This document shows, in pieces, positions 40,435 to 49,458 of a DNA stretch of 64,000 bases (positions are counted from its first letter, which is position 1; each line of letters begins with the position of its first letter). The stretch covers positions 1-64,000 of the forward strand of contig JANOAV010000010.1 in NCBI GenBank assembly GCA_031411295.1, written 5' to 3'. The notes beneath the pieces were generated by a model, which was not told the origin of the DNA, did no database searches, and was given only the letters and a program-made list of their open reading frames with translations. The stretch is from Verrucomicrobiales bacterium. GTDB lineage: Bacteria > Verrucomicrobiota > Verrucomicrobiia > Verrucomicrobiales > V1-33. A program made the position numbers and the translations under genes.

Positions 40435-40463
40435 TGAAACACCGGTTTTGGGGTTCGCAGAGA
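40435..40463 (+). promoter_or_regulatory. ECF-sigma-like promoter motif copy 2
   Basis: TGAAAC-ACCGGTTTTGGGGTT-CGCAGAGA after an AT-rich tract. Followed only by a 20-codon ORF from 40467. Confidence 0.65.
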
Positions 40464-40508
40464 CTTATGACAGCGAGCTTGCTCGCGCCACTACGCCATC
40501 CCCTCCGC

Positions 40509-43500
40509 TCACTGCCCCAACTTCTGTAACACCGACTGGAGCGACGGCAAAACTTTCATGGAATCCACGCGCTCCATGGCCGCCGCGGGGGGTGGGGGCA
40601 GCGGTGGGGCCGGCCAGTCTAAATGAAGTTTCCCCAAGGCATCGCGCAATTTTCGGAAGTCCCAAAGCTGAATATTGTGCTGACTACCATTGATGGCCAG
40701 GCGGGATCCTGCATAGTCCAACGCCAGCCAGCCAATGGCCCGGGCATCCGGGTGCTCAATCGTGGCGAGTGGGTTCCCGGTGGCAGGATCGAATAAGTCC
40801 ACGCCATGCGACGAGCGTGATACCGCCAACAGGGTGCCATTTCCCGCGAGAGCGACAAATTGATGGACGTGAATCGGGCTGGGGTTGCGCCGGGTCCAAC
40901 GCGTAGTCCACGTCTCCACTTCCCATGCTGCGAGGCCATCCAGACTGGCCGTGTAGAGCGTCTTGCTGTCCGGACTGAAGACCATGTAACAAGTGCGCGT
41001 GTTGGGCAATCGCTGCACCATTGTCTTCGTCTGCAAATCCCACACAAACGCCAATTCCTGCGGCTGCGTCCACGAAGCCGCCACGGCCCAACGCCCATCA
41101 GCGCTTTGCGCTACGGCATTGACCGGAATGCCGGGCACGGCCAATCGTTCCGGGACGGGATTTTTATCTCGGATCGGCAGGATGGTGAGATCATCCCCCA
41201 GACTCATCGCGATCACCCCACTCGTGGGGCACTGACTGAAGCGCGGGATGCTCGGTTCCGCCTTAAATATTGTTTCTGGCAGGGACAGGGCCCATAAGCC
41301 CGGGGCAGGATTGGCCAACCCACACCGCAGCAATCCCTTGCCGGGAGCGGAAATCAGGAACCCATCTCCTTTCGGCGTGAAATTTACCGCATCGACCAGC
41401 CCGGTATTCAGCCAAGCTAAACGTCGCCCATCTGCTGCCGCCAACACGGCGGTGCCCAGCGCACCGCCCACGACTACCAGGCGCCCATCTGGCGAGAGAT
41501 CCACGCCCCAAGGGCCGCGCTGGGCTTCCGCATCCGGGTCTGGACGCGGCAAGGCCACATGACGCACGACGACTGGCACGGTTAGGGCATAGCGCACAAT
41601 TTCCTCCCGCCGGGTCTCGCGCAGAAACAAGTGGGCTCCATCTTGAGTGAATTGCACGAAATCCCCCGTGCCCGTAGCCACCAGCCCGGCGCGCCCACTG
41701 GAGGCCTCCCAGAGCCTCAACGTGTTATCAAAGGAAACCGTCGCCAACCACTCTCCACTGGGATGCCACGCCACCCCCTGCACCTCTGCGTGGTGCCCAG
41801 TCAGCCGGCGCAAGAATGGCTTGGGGCCGTCCAGATACCACACACAAACGTCCGGCACCCCACTGGCAATCGCAATGGCCCGACTATCCGGACGCCATGC
41901 CACGGTCTGAAACCAATCGTTGTGCCCATACGGAGTCTCCAATCGATGCACCACCTTGCCACTGTTGGCATTGATGATTTCCACCATCCCTTGTCCCTTC
42001 GTCACCACCGCCAGCAACTTTCCGTCCGGACTGAACGCTAATGGAGCAGGCGAAGTGAAGGAGGAAATGAACCGTTTCTGCTCTACTGGCTGTTGCCAGC
42101 GATCGATCACCAAATTTGTCGTCCCCTGCTCTCCGTAAGCAATCCATTGGCCATCAGGCGAAAAAACGAGCCCCCAGACGGCCCCGTAATGTTTTTCGGC
42201 CCAGGACTTGGAGGCCAGTTGCCAAAGATGATAGGAAGATCCGGCGCATTGGACTAACAGCGCGTTGCCATCACTACCAAACGACACTGCGTTGGCACAT
42301 TTTAGCCCCACTGGAGGAGGGATAATTTCATCAGGGCCGCCGGCGGATGAGCGCAGGCAAAGCTGCCCAGCCACAACCTCCGCCACGCGGGTGCCATCCG
42401 GGGAAATGGCTGTCCAACTGCGCTGATGGTAGGGCTGGCGATTCTTTTCCTGGCAGCCCGGGGTGGCCAGCAGGGTGATCGCATCATTACGCAGTGCCAG
42501 GCTCTCTCCCAACTCCGCAGCAGCGCTCACCGCCCGCAGACCCGCCTCTCGTAAATCATACTGCCCACTCTGCCGGAGGGCATGAACTTCCGCCGTGACG
42601 GCTTCCAGCGCGGTTTGCCGCAGGGAAACGTTGGCCCGTTGTTGCAGGACCACGCCAACGATCAAGGCCGCAGCCAGCAAACCACTCAGCAGCGTGAGCG
42701 CAGGATGCCGCCGCGCATACCGCCACACCCGTTCCGCCGTGGACACGGGCCGTGCGGTAATCGCGTTACCTTCCAGCCACCGTCGGAGATCGGCCGCCAA
42801 AGCTGCGGCCGATTCGTATCGTCGCACCGGATCCTTCGCCAAGCAGGCATGGGCGATCGTCGCCAAATCCCGTGGCACCCCTAACTTTCTCAGCGGGGCC
42901 GGTTCCGTCTCCGCAATTTCCCGCAGCAACGCAGGTAAATTTTCCGCCTGAAACGGCGGAGCCTGCGCCAGGACCTCATACAACACTGCCCCCAGGCTAT
43001 AGACATCACTCCGCACCGTAGCGGCGCGCGCATTGCTGGCGGCAATCTCTGGAGCTAAGTATTGCGGTGTGCCCAGCATGGCCGCCGAGCGGGTCAGGTT
43101 GCTGTCGGTGTTGGCAATTTTCACCAGCCCAAAATCCGCCACATAAGCGCGATCCTCTGCATCGAACAAAATATTTCCCGGCTTCAGATCCCGATGGAGC
43201 ACGCCATGATTGTGCGCGTGCGCCACCGCATCTGCGATCCCGGCCACCAGTTCCGCAATCTCCCGCCATTTCCCCGCATAGGCCGCCCGACGCGACGACA
43301 ACGTGCCCCCGGACGCTAACTTCATCGTAAAAAATGGCACTCCCGCCCATTCTCCAAACTGATGCAGTGGCAGAATTCCCGGATGATTCAAATCCGCCAT
43401 GGCGCGGGCTTCCAGCCGGAACCGCTCCCGCAGTTCTTCGGTGATCATTTGCGGCAGCAGCATCTTCACGGCCACCTCGCGCGCAGGGGCTAACTGCCGT

Positions 43501-43703
43501 GCCTGATAAACGATCCCCATCCCGCCCCGTGCCAGTTCCCGTAAATTTTCATGCCCCGGAATCGTGAATGCCGTGTCCTGCTGCGGTCGCATTTCCAGAG
43601 GTTCCACCACCATCCCCCGCATCAAACAACGCGGACACAACCCCCGCAGCCGCCCTGCGGAGAGGGCGGAGCCACAAGCAAGGCACAACGTGGAGGCAGA
43701 CAT
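40509..43703 (-). CDS. Ser/Thr protein kinase with N-terminal Cys4 motif, TM helix and WD40 repeats
   Basis: CLAC…CPRC; GGMGIVY, VAVK, HRDLKPGN, DFG and GTPQYLAPE; a hydrophobic helix; repeats such as GH..EV..VAW…DNTLRLWE. Confidence 0.93.
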   Translation of the reverse strand: MSASTLCLACGSALSAGRLRGLCPRCLMRGMVVEPLEMRPQQDTAFTIPGHENLRELARGGMGIVYQARQLAPAREVAVKMLLPQMITEELRERFRLEARAMADLNHPGILPLHQFGEWAGVPFFTMKLASGGTLSSRRAAYAGKWREIAELVAGIADAVAHAHNHGVLHRDLKPGNILFDAEDRAYVADFGLVKIANTDSNLTRSAAMLGTPQYLAPEIAASNARAATVRSDVYSLGAVLYEVLAQAPPFQAENLPALLREIAETEPAPLRKLGVPRDLATIAHACLAKDPVRRYESAAALAADLRRWLEGNAITARPVSTAERVWRYARRHPALTLLSGLLAAALIVGVVLQQRANVSLRQTALEAVTAEVHALRQSGQYDLREAGLRAVSAAAELGESLALRNDAITLLATPGCQEKNRQPYHQRSWTAISPDGTRVAEVVAGQLCLRSSAGGPDEIIPPPVGLKCANAVSFGSDGNALLVQCAGSSYHLWQLASKSWAEKHYGAVWGLVFSPDGQWIAYGEQGTTNLVIDRWQQPVEQKRFISSFTSPAPLAFSPDGKLLAVVTKGQGMVEIINANSGKVVHRLETPYGHNDWFQTVAWRPDSRAIAIASGVPDVCVWYLDGPKPFLRRLTGHHAEVQGVAWHPSGEWLATVSFDNTLRLWEASSGRAGLVATGTGDFVQFTQDGAHLFLRETRREEIVRYALTVPVVVRHVALPRPDPDAEAQRGPWGVDLSPDGRLVVVGGALGTAVLAAADGRRLAWLNTGLVDAVNFTPKGDGFLISAPGKGLLRCGLANPAPGLWALSLPETIFKAEPSIPRFSQCPTSGVIAMSLGDDLTILPIRDKNPVPERLAVPGIPVNAVAQSADGRWAVAASWTQPQELAFVWDLQTKTMVQRLPNTRTCYMVFSPDSKTLYTASLDGLAAWEVETWTTRWTRRNPSPIHVHQFVALAGNGTLLAVSRSSHGVDLFDPATGNPLATIEHPDARAIGWLALDYAGSRLAINGSQHNIQLWDFRKLRDALGKLHLDWPAPPLPPPPAAAMERVDSMKVLPSLQSVLQKLGQ

Positions 43704-43713
43704 GTTCAGAAGT

Positions 43714-43742
43714 TCTCTGCGGAAACCAGAGCCGAAGTTTCA
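43714..43742 (-). promoter_or_regulatory. ECF-sigma-like promoter motif copy 3
   Basis: Minus strand TGAAAC-TTCGGCTCTGGTTTC-CGCAGAGA, ending 10 nt before the kinase ATG. Confidence 0.75.
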
Positions 43743-43814
43743 GCATTTTGCACCTGAAGTTTACCAGCCACGAGACATCGGCGGCTGGGCGAACCTTCTG
43801 CCTTCCCTGCGAAT

Positions 43815-44636
43815 TCACCTTGCGCTGTCAGGACCGAGACTGCGGATCACCTCTTCCAGCAGGGGAGCAGCCATTTCGACTTGATGGCAGGCTTGGGGAA
43901 AATTTCCGTTTTGCACATCGGCAACGTATTCCTGGAACGCGCTAATGCGTTCCTGCTGGAGACGCCGATTTTCTGCGGCAAAGTCCCGATACGCTTTGGC
44001 ATGACGCGGGGCGCGTTCATCGTAGTCGCCCAGAATATCATCCGAGAACAGGAACTGGGTATCGCAACCGCTGCCGGAGCCGAGGGACATCAGGAGCAGC
44101 TTCGTTTGGGAGGAAAGGAAGCGGGCGAGATTATGCGGCACCACTTCCAGTTCCGCGGCATAGGCCCCGGCATTTTCCAGTTCCTTCATTTTCCGATACA
44201 GCATCTGGGCCTCTTCCACGGTGCGTCCGATGGCCCGATAGCCGGTCCACGTGACATGCCGCGGCACCAGACCAAGATGCCCGACGACAGGAATTCCCTC
44301 GCGCGCCATGGCCTCGATGATGAATGGACTGGCAGAACAGTAAACGGAACTCGCCCCCATTTCCAGCGCGCGGAATCCCACGCGAATCGCTTCCTCCTGC
44401 GATGCCATGCCATGGGGCGTGGCGGCAGAAAGGAAGCTCTGAGGAGCGGCGGCCACCAGCTTGGGCAAACGCGCCTCGGCTTCGGGGTTATCGAAGCTGC
44501 AGCTCATGAGGTCCACTCCTGCTTGTTCTGCGGCGGCGGCTTCCTCCGGGGACTTCACGTGGATATGAGTTAGGCAACGTTTGCCCTTGAGCTGTTGGAG
44601 ATCGAAGACGGTGTATTTTTTGCGCGGACGGAGCAT
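43815..44636 (-). CDS. PanB-like ketopantoate hydroxymethyltransferase homologue (atypical)
   Basis: GIPVVGHLGLVP, GRT, LE.AGA..ELEVVP, SLGSG.GCD.Q.L..DILG and PRHAK.Y. Lacks the canonical LVGDS motif. Confidence 0.8.
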   Translation of the reverse strand: MLRPRKKYTVFDLQQLKGKRCLTHIHVKSPEEAAAAEQAGVDLMSCSFDNPEAEARLPKLVAAAPQSFLSAATPHGMASQEEAIRVGFRALEMGASSVYCSASPFIIEAMAREGIPVVGHLGLVPRHVTWTGYRAIGRTVEEAQMLYRKMKELENAGAYAAELEVVPHNLARFLSSQTKLLLMSLGSGSGCDTQFLFSDDILGDYDERAPRHAKAYRDFAAENRRLQQERISAFQEYVADVQNGNFPQACHQVEMAAPLLEEVIRSLGPDSAR

Positions 44637-44658
44637 GGTGGAGTCGGGGTAAAAAATG

Positions 44659-46251
44659 TTATTTCCAGGAGGGATACTCGTGGCCGAGATTGTCGTCAGT
44701 GATCGGAATTTCCTGATCCCACAGCTTGTTCATGCGTGGTTCAAGCACAATCCACCAACGATCAGGATCGCCTTCGGGTTGGGGATCGCGATCATTTTCC
44801 GCCAACTTGAGCACGGCTTCCATCTCATTGCGGCCAGCCTCGGTGGTAAGATCGAAGACTGGCTTGCCTTCAATTTGATATTGGCTCAGCACTTCCCGCC
44901 AACGCGCGGAATTCGGCACCAGGGGCTGGTTGGAGGCGATGCAATTGTTGAGGCACATCATGGTGTGGGGAAACACCACCATGCCCGTCTTGGCAGCCCG
45001 ACCCGAGTCTGTGCAGTTCCACATGACCACTCCGTCGGGTGCTAAATGTTGTTTCGCCAGTTCCAGAAATTCCTGCGAGAGCAAGCCGGACGCGAACTCG
45101 CGCCAGTGGTGCGTGGTGTTCATGAGAATGCAGTCGAATTTCCGGCCGGGCTGGCGCTTCAACCAGCGTCGACCATCGTCAATATTGATTTTCACGCGCG
45201 GATTCTGCAGGAGTCCTGACACTTGGGGATAGGCCGCAATCACTTCCATGTAGGCATGGCTGATTTCCACCACATCCACGTCTGGTTGATCCGGATGATT
45301 GGCGATGATCTGGGTCCAGGCACCCGCACTCATGCCGACCACCAGCACCGTCTTAATCGGCTTGGGATGCACGGCGGAAATGAAGTAGGGCCGCACATGA
45401 TAGTCGCCCTTGGTTAGGGAGGTATCGATCATGCCATCGTAGGCTCCGTTGCCATACACGTGACGTTCTGCGTCCACCGTCACCACCCCGTGGCGGCTCT
45501 CGATGGTCATGGTAAACGGTGGTTTCCCGGCAACCTCATGTTTCCAGAAAAGCCGTTCCCACAGCCCCTCATGCAGCGGACCATGCGCTGCGCCCAAACC
45601 CAGCAAAATGATACCGAAGCTCAGGCTCACACGATCCTTGACCAACGTGCGCCACCCAAACCACCCCGCCAAGAGCAGCCCCAAAGCCGCCAGCAGAGCG
45701 GCCATGACGTGCAGCGGGAAATATTCCAGCAACCAGAATCCAGTGAGTAAACTCCCGGCTCCGCTGCCAATAATATTGGCCAGGTAAACATAACTCAGCC
45801 GCGCCCCGGCCCGGGCATCCGGCGGGATGGCCACGTGGCACATCAGCGGCAGCGTGGTGCCCTGCACGGCGGCCACCAGCGCGACCAAGCCCAGCGCCCA
45901 AGTCCAGGGCGGCAAACAGAGACCGGGAATCCACGTCCAGCAATCGTCCGCGTTCTTCAACGTCACCATCCACGATGCCAGCGGCACCACCAGCACGGCC
46001 AAAATATTGGCCATCAAGATCAAACGCACCAGTGAGCGGAGCGAGGTCGCATCCTCCCGATGCTGCCAGCGCATGCTCCACAGTGAGCCCAGCGCCAGGC
46101 CCAGCAAGTAACTGCCTAGCATGGCTCCAAAAGCCGGGGCCCGGGAACCGGTCACGAAGTTGAATAACCGCGCCCAGATGATTTCCCAGCTCAAGGCCGT
46201 GAAGCCGGACAAGGCTGCGGCCACCAGGATTTGTCGGGTGGCCTTACTCAT
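44659..46251 (-). CDS. Membrane domain fused to spermidine-synthase-like SAM-binding domain
   Basis: N-terminal TM helices (SGFTALSWEIIWAR, Y.ANIIG); VLVVG.SAG, VVEI, DDGR.WL and S.EFL..L...G motifs. Confidence 0.85.
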   Translation of the reverse strand: MSKATRQILVAAALSGFTALSWEIIWARLFNFVTGSRAPAFGAMLGSYLLGLALGSLWSMRWQHREDATSLRSLVRLILMANILAVLVVPLASWMVTLKNADDCWTWIPGLCLPPWTWALGLVALVAAVQGTTLPLMCHVAIPPDARAGARLSYVYLANIIGSGAGSLLTGFWLLEYFPLHVMAALLAALGLLLAGWFGWRTLVKDRVSLSFGIILLGLGAAHGPLHEGLWERLFWKHEVAGKPPFTMTIESRHGVVTVDAERHVYGNGAYDGMIDTSLTKGDYHVRPYFISAVHPKPIKTVLVVGMSAGAWTQIIANHPDQPDVDVVEISHAYMEVIAAYPQVSGLLQNPRVKINIDDGRRWLKRQPGRKFDCILMNTTHHWREFASGLLSQEFLELAKQHLAPDGVVMWNCTDSGRAAKTGMVVFPHTMMCLNNCIASNQPLVPNSARWREVLSQYQIEGKPVFDLTTEAGRNEMEAVLKLAENDRDPQPEGDPDRWWIVLEPRMNKLWDQEIPITDDNLGHEYPSWK

Positions 46252-46903
46252 GGGAGGCTCCTTTCCGATGCAACATCCAAGCCAGTAAAATCACCGTGGC
46301 CACCGCCGCATTTAAGATGGCTGCCAACAGGACGGAACCGCTTTCACCAAAGCGACCCAGGCAGAAGAACACCGCAATAAACGCTCCCAGAGCAGCTCCC
46401 AGCGTATTTACAAAATAGAGCCAACTCACACTGCGCCCCACGGCGGCGGTTTCCCTAACCTGTTGTGCCACCAGCAACGGCAGCGTGGCTCCCATCAGCA
46501 ACGTGGGCAGAAAAATCAACGCAAACGCCAGGACGCCCGTGAGCAAGGCTCCCGCCCCTAACGTGAGATCGCCCACCCAGTGGAATAATTGCAAACTGAT
46601 CAACCCATAGAAACCGATCCCGAACTCTGCCAGCGAGAACAGTAGGACCAGCGGCACGCGGGAACGCTCCGAGACCCATCCGCCAGCCAAACTCCCCAAT
46701 CCCAGCCCCACCATGAAAGCCGTCACCACCATGGCCACGGACTCCACGTTACAGCCGTAAATCGTGAACAGAGCGCGTTGCCAGATCATTTGGTAAATGA
46801 GCGCAGAAATCCCGGAGATCGTAAAGACCGAGAACAACAACGCCCGGGGCACCGTGGGTGCCACCGCAACGGGCGAGAGAGGATGGGGGGCAAGGGATTC
46901 CAT
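46244..46903 (-). CDS. Membrane protein homologous to the N-terminal half of fused MFS-like/spermidine synthase proteins
   Basis: About 6 TM segments; SGISALIYQMIWQR, FM.GLGLGS, PT.LMGATLP and LY.VNTLGA. Overlaps the downstream gene by 8 bp. Confidence 0.85.
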   Translation of the reverse strand: MESLAPHPLSPVAVAPTVPRALLFSVFTISGISALIYQMIWQRALFTIYGCNVESVAMVVTAFMVGLGLGSLAGGWVSERSRVPLVLLFSLAEFGIGFYGLISLQLFHWVGDLTLGAGALLTGVLAFALIFLPTLLMGATLPLLVAQQVRETAAVGRSVSWLYFVNTLGAALGAFIAVFFCLGRFGESGSVLLAAILNAAVATVILLAWMLHRKGASHE

Positions 46904-47034
46904 AGCAGAGAGGCGCTTTCTTCGTGGGGAGGCGCGTGGTTGTCAACCCGGTCTGTCCTCCGGATCCGCCCTGCCGCATGAATGAGCGAGCAAGATTGAT
47001 TTGCGATGGGTCCTGCGTCGAGGACACTTACGGC

Positions 47035-48354
47035 ATGAATAAATTTCATCCATCCCGATGGCTGGGCTTGGCGATGCTCGCCCTGCCAGTCGTTGCCACC
47101 GCCCAAGACTACGCTTACGAGAAAGCCCCGTTTAATTACTGGTCGCGTGAGTTGGACAATCCCGTGACCCGACTGCAAGCCCGCTTGGATTCAGGAAAGG
47201 TCGTCCTGCCCTTGGGCGACGAGAAGGCCACCATGGAAATGCTGCTCAAGGAGTTGGAAATCTCCCCAGAATCGCAGGTCATCGTTTTTTCCAAAACCAG
47301 CCTCCAGCGGGATCGGATCTCGCGCCAGCATCCCCGAGCGATCTTCTTTAACGAACAAACTTATGTGGGCACAGTCCCGGGCGGGTTGTTCGAACTCACC
47401 ACGATGGAGAAGGAGATTGGCCCCATTTTCTATCACTTGGATGCGAACCGCCCGGACCGCAAAATCCCGAAATTTGACCGCAATGAGAATTGCATGTCCT
47501 GCCACGGTGGCGGCACCACGGATTATCTCCCGGGATTTGTCGTGCGCAGTGTGTTTCCCGATGAAGTGGGGGAACCTCTCTACCAGGCCGGAACCAGCCT
47601 AATTGATCAGAACAGCCCGCTGAACAATCGGTGGGGCGGATGGTTCGTGACCGGAAATACCGGAAACCTAACGCACCGCGGCAACGCCACCGCCACCATG
47701 CTGGAAGGCAATGCGGTGCTTCATTCCGATGGGGTTTATAACCAAACGTCACTGGACAAATTTTTCGAGACCAAGCGCTACTTGCGTTCCTCGAGCGACG
47801 TCGTTTCCCTGCTCGTGCTGGAGCATCAGGCCGGCATGCACAATCGCATCACCAAAGCCAGCTACGACGTGCGCGGAGCCATTGAGCGACGCATGGATTT
47901 GCTGACCGAATTGGGGGAACAGCCAGGGGCCGCCCTGACTGGGTCCGCGTTGTCCGTGGCTAAATCTCACGTGGAAAAAGTCCTGCAGTTTCTCCTGTTC
48001 GCAGGTGAAGCTCCGTTGCCTGAAGGAGGCGTCGAAGGTTCTCGCGCGGTGGTCGATGCCTTCCTGGAGCGACGCATTGCCACGAAAGACGGGCGTTCCC
48101 TGCGCGATCTGCAATTGCTGAATCGCGTCTTCAAATACCGCTGCAGCTACCTCATCTACGCCCCGGAATGGGACAGTCTGCCCGTTCCCTTCTTGGAAAT
48201 GGTGTATCAACGTCTCTACCAAATTCTCACCAGCCCGGAGCCGACCAAAGGCTACGAGCATCTGGTGACCAGCGAGCGTCGTAACATTCTGGAAATTCTC
48301 CGCGAAACCAAACCAGGGCTCCCCGATTATTTTCTGAAGGATCCCAAAGCTTGA
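47035..48354 (+). CDS. Conserved exported protein with one CxxCH haem motif
   Basis: Signal peptide from ATG 47035; SQVIVFSKTSLQ, CMSCH, RWGGWFVTG and SDVVSLLVLEHQ. Confidence 0.8.
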   Translation: MNKFHPSRWLGLAMLALPVVATAQDYAYEKAPFNYWSRELDNPVTRLQARLDSGKVVLPLGDEKATMEMLLKELEISPESQVIVFSKTSLQRDRISRQHPRAIFFNEQTYVGTVPGGLFELTTMEKEIGPIFYHLDANRPDRKIPKFDRNENCMSCHGGGTTDYLPGFVVRSVFPDEVGEPLYQAGTSLIDQNSPLNNRWGGWFVTGNTGNLTHRGNATATMLEGNAVLHSDGVYNQTSLDKFFETKRYLRSSSDVVSLLVLEHQAGMHNRITKASYDVRGAIERRMDLLTELGEQPGAALTGSALSVAKSHVEKVLQFLLFAGEAPLPEGGVEGSRAVVDAFLERRIATKDGRSLRDLQLLNRVFKYRCSYLIYAPEWDSLPVPFLEMVYQRLYQILTSPEPTKGYEHLVTSERRNILEILRETKPGLPDYFLKDPKA

Positions 48355-48446
48355 TGCCTTGATACCCTTGGGAAGGAGTGGAGGTGGTCCTCTGGAATCG
48401 GCAAATACCCTTGTGAAGTTGCCAAACCAAAGCCACCATCGCCACC

Positions 48447-49367
48447 ATGACCATCTTCCTGCGAAAAATCAGCTTCTACTTTGCCGTCGGTGGCATCGTG
48501 GCGCTCATCATGCTGGTGAAATCCCTTTCCCAGACACCTGCGATGCCGGCCCCGCCGATCAAGCCGGTGACCAAACCCGCTGCCCACGCTATTGCCGCGT
48601 CCGGACTAGTCGAGGCCCGCAACGAGAACACCAACATTGGGGTGCCGATGCCGGGGTTGGTGACTTCCGTGAACGTCAAAGTGTGGCAACAGGTGAAAAG
48701 AAATGACGTGCTGATGCAGTTGGATGATCGGGAATTGCGGGCTCAGTTGCTCACGCAAGGCGCGCAAGTTCAGGTGGCCACGGCCAGCTTGAAACGCTTG
48801 GAGGATCAACTGTCCCGCCTCCAGAGCGCCTCCAGCTCTGGCGCGGTTACTTTGGATGAAATCAGCACCCGCAAGAACGACGTCGAAGTTTCCCGTGCCC
48901 AACTCGCCAGTGCCGAGGCCACCCGGGAACAGACCAAGCTGCTCATGGAGCGCCTCACCATCCGCGCCCCGATTGATGGCACCATTTTACAAATCAACAC
49001 CCGCGTCGGAGAATACGCTTCCGGCAGCGGCAAGCAGGCCGCCATGGTGCTGGGGCAGATTGATCTGCTCCAAGTGCGGGCCGATGTGGATGAGCAGTTG
49101 GCCCCCCGCGTCTCGGAAAACATGACCGCCCAAGCGTGGATCAAAGGCGACTCCACCCATCCGATGGATCTTACATTCGTGCGCATCGAGCCCTTTATCG
49201 TGCCCAAGATCTCCCTTACTGGAAGCTCGGCCGAGCGCGTGGACACCCGGGTCCTGCAGGTCATTTTCACCCTCAAACCCGACCAGCAGCGGAAGGTGTA
49301 TGTCGGCCAGCAAATGGATATTTATCTCATGGATCCGGCCACCCCTCCCGGTGCCCCAGCAAACTAA
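48447..49367 (+). CDS. Efflux periplasmic adaptor (HlyD/MFP family)
   Basis: N-terminal TM segment, lipoyl halves (G.V..V.VK…IRAPIDGTI), coiled hairpin and ERVDTRVLQV. Confidence 0.9.
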   Translation: MTIFLRKISFYFAVGGIVALIMLVKSLSQTPAMPAPPIKPVTKPAAHAIAASGLVEARNENTNIGVPMPGLVTSVNVKVWQQVKRNDVLMQLDDRELRAQLLTQGAQVQVATASLKRLEDQLSRLQSASSSGAVTLDEISTRKNDVEVSRAQLASAEATREQTKLLMERLTIRAPIDGTILQINTRVGEYASGSGKQAAMVLGQIDLLQVRADVDEQLAPRVSENMTAQAWIKGDSTHPMDLTFVRIEPFIVPKISLTGSSAERVDTRVLQVIFTLKPDQQRKVYVGQQMDIYLMDPATPPGAPAN

Positions 49368-49391
49368 CCGCGATTGCTCTGCGCGGAAACT

Positions 49392-49419
49392 TTGACAATT
49401 TGAGCAAAATCTCTACTGT
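49392..49419 (+). promoter_or_regulatory. Putative sigma-70 promoter
   Basis: TTGACA-N16-TACTGT upstream of the TPR gene. Confidence 0.45.
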
Positions 49420-49458
49420 AGGGTCTAATAATTCCCCTGCTACACTCAATCCATTGCC

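Noticed and set aside
48398..48416. Possible sigma-54 promoter before the efflux adaptor
   Set aside because: The GG to TTG spacing is off by one and the conserved GC is missing.
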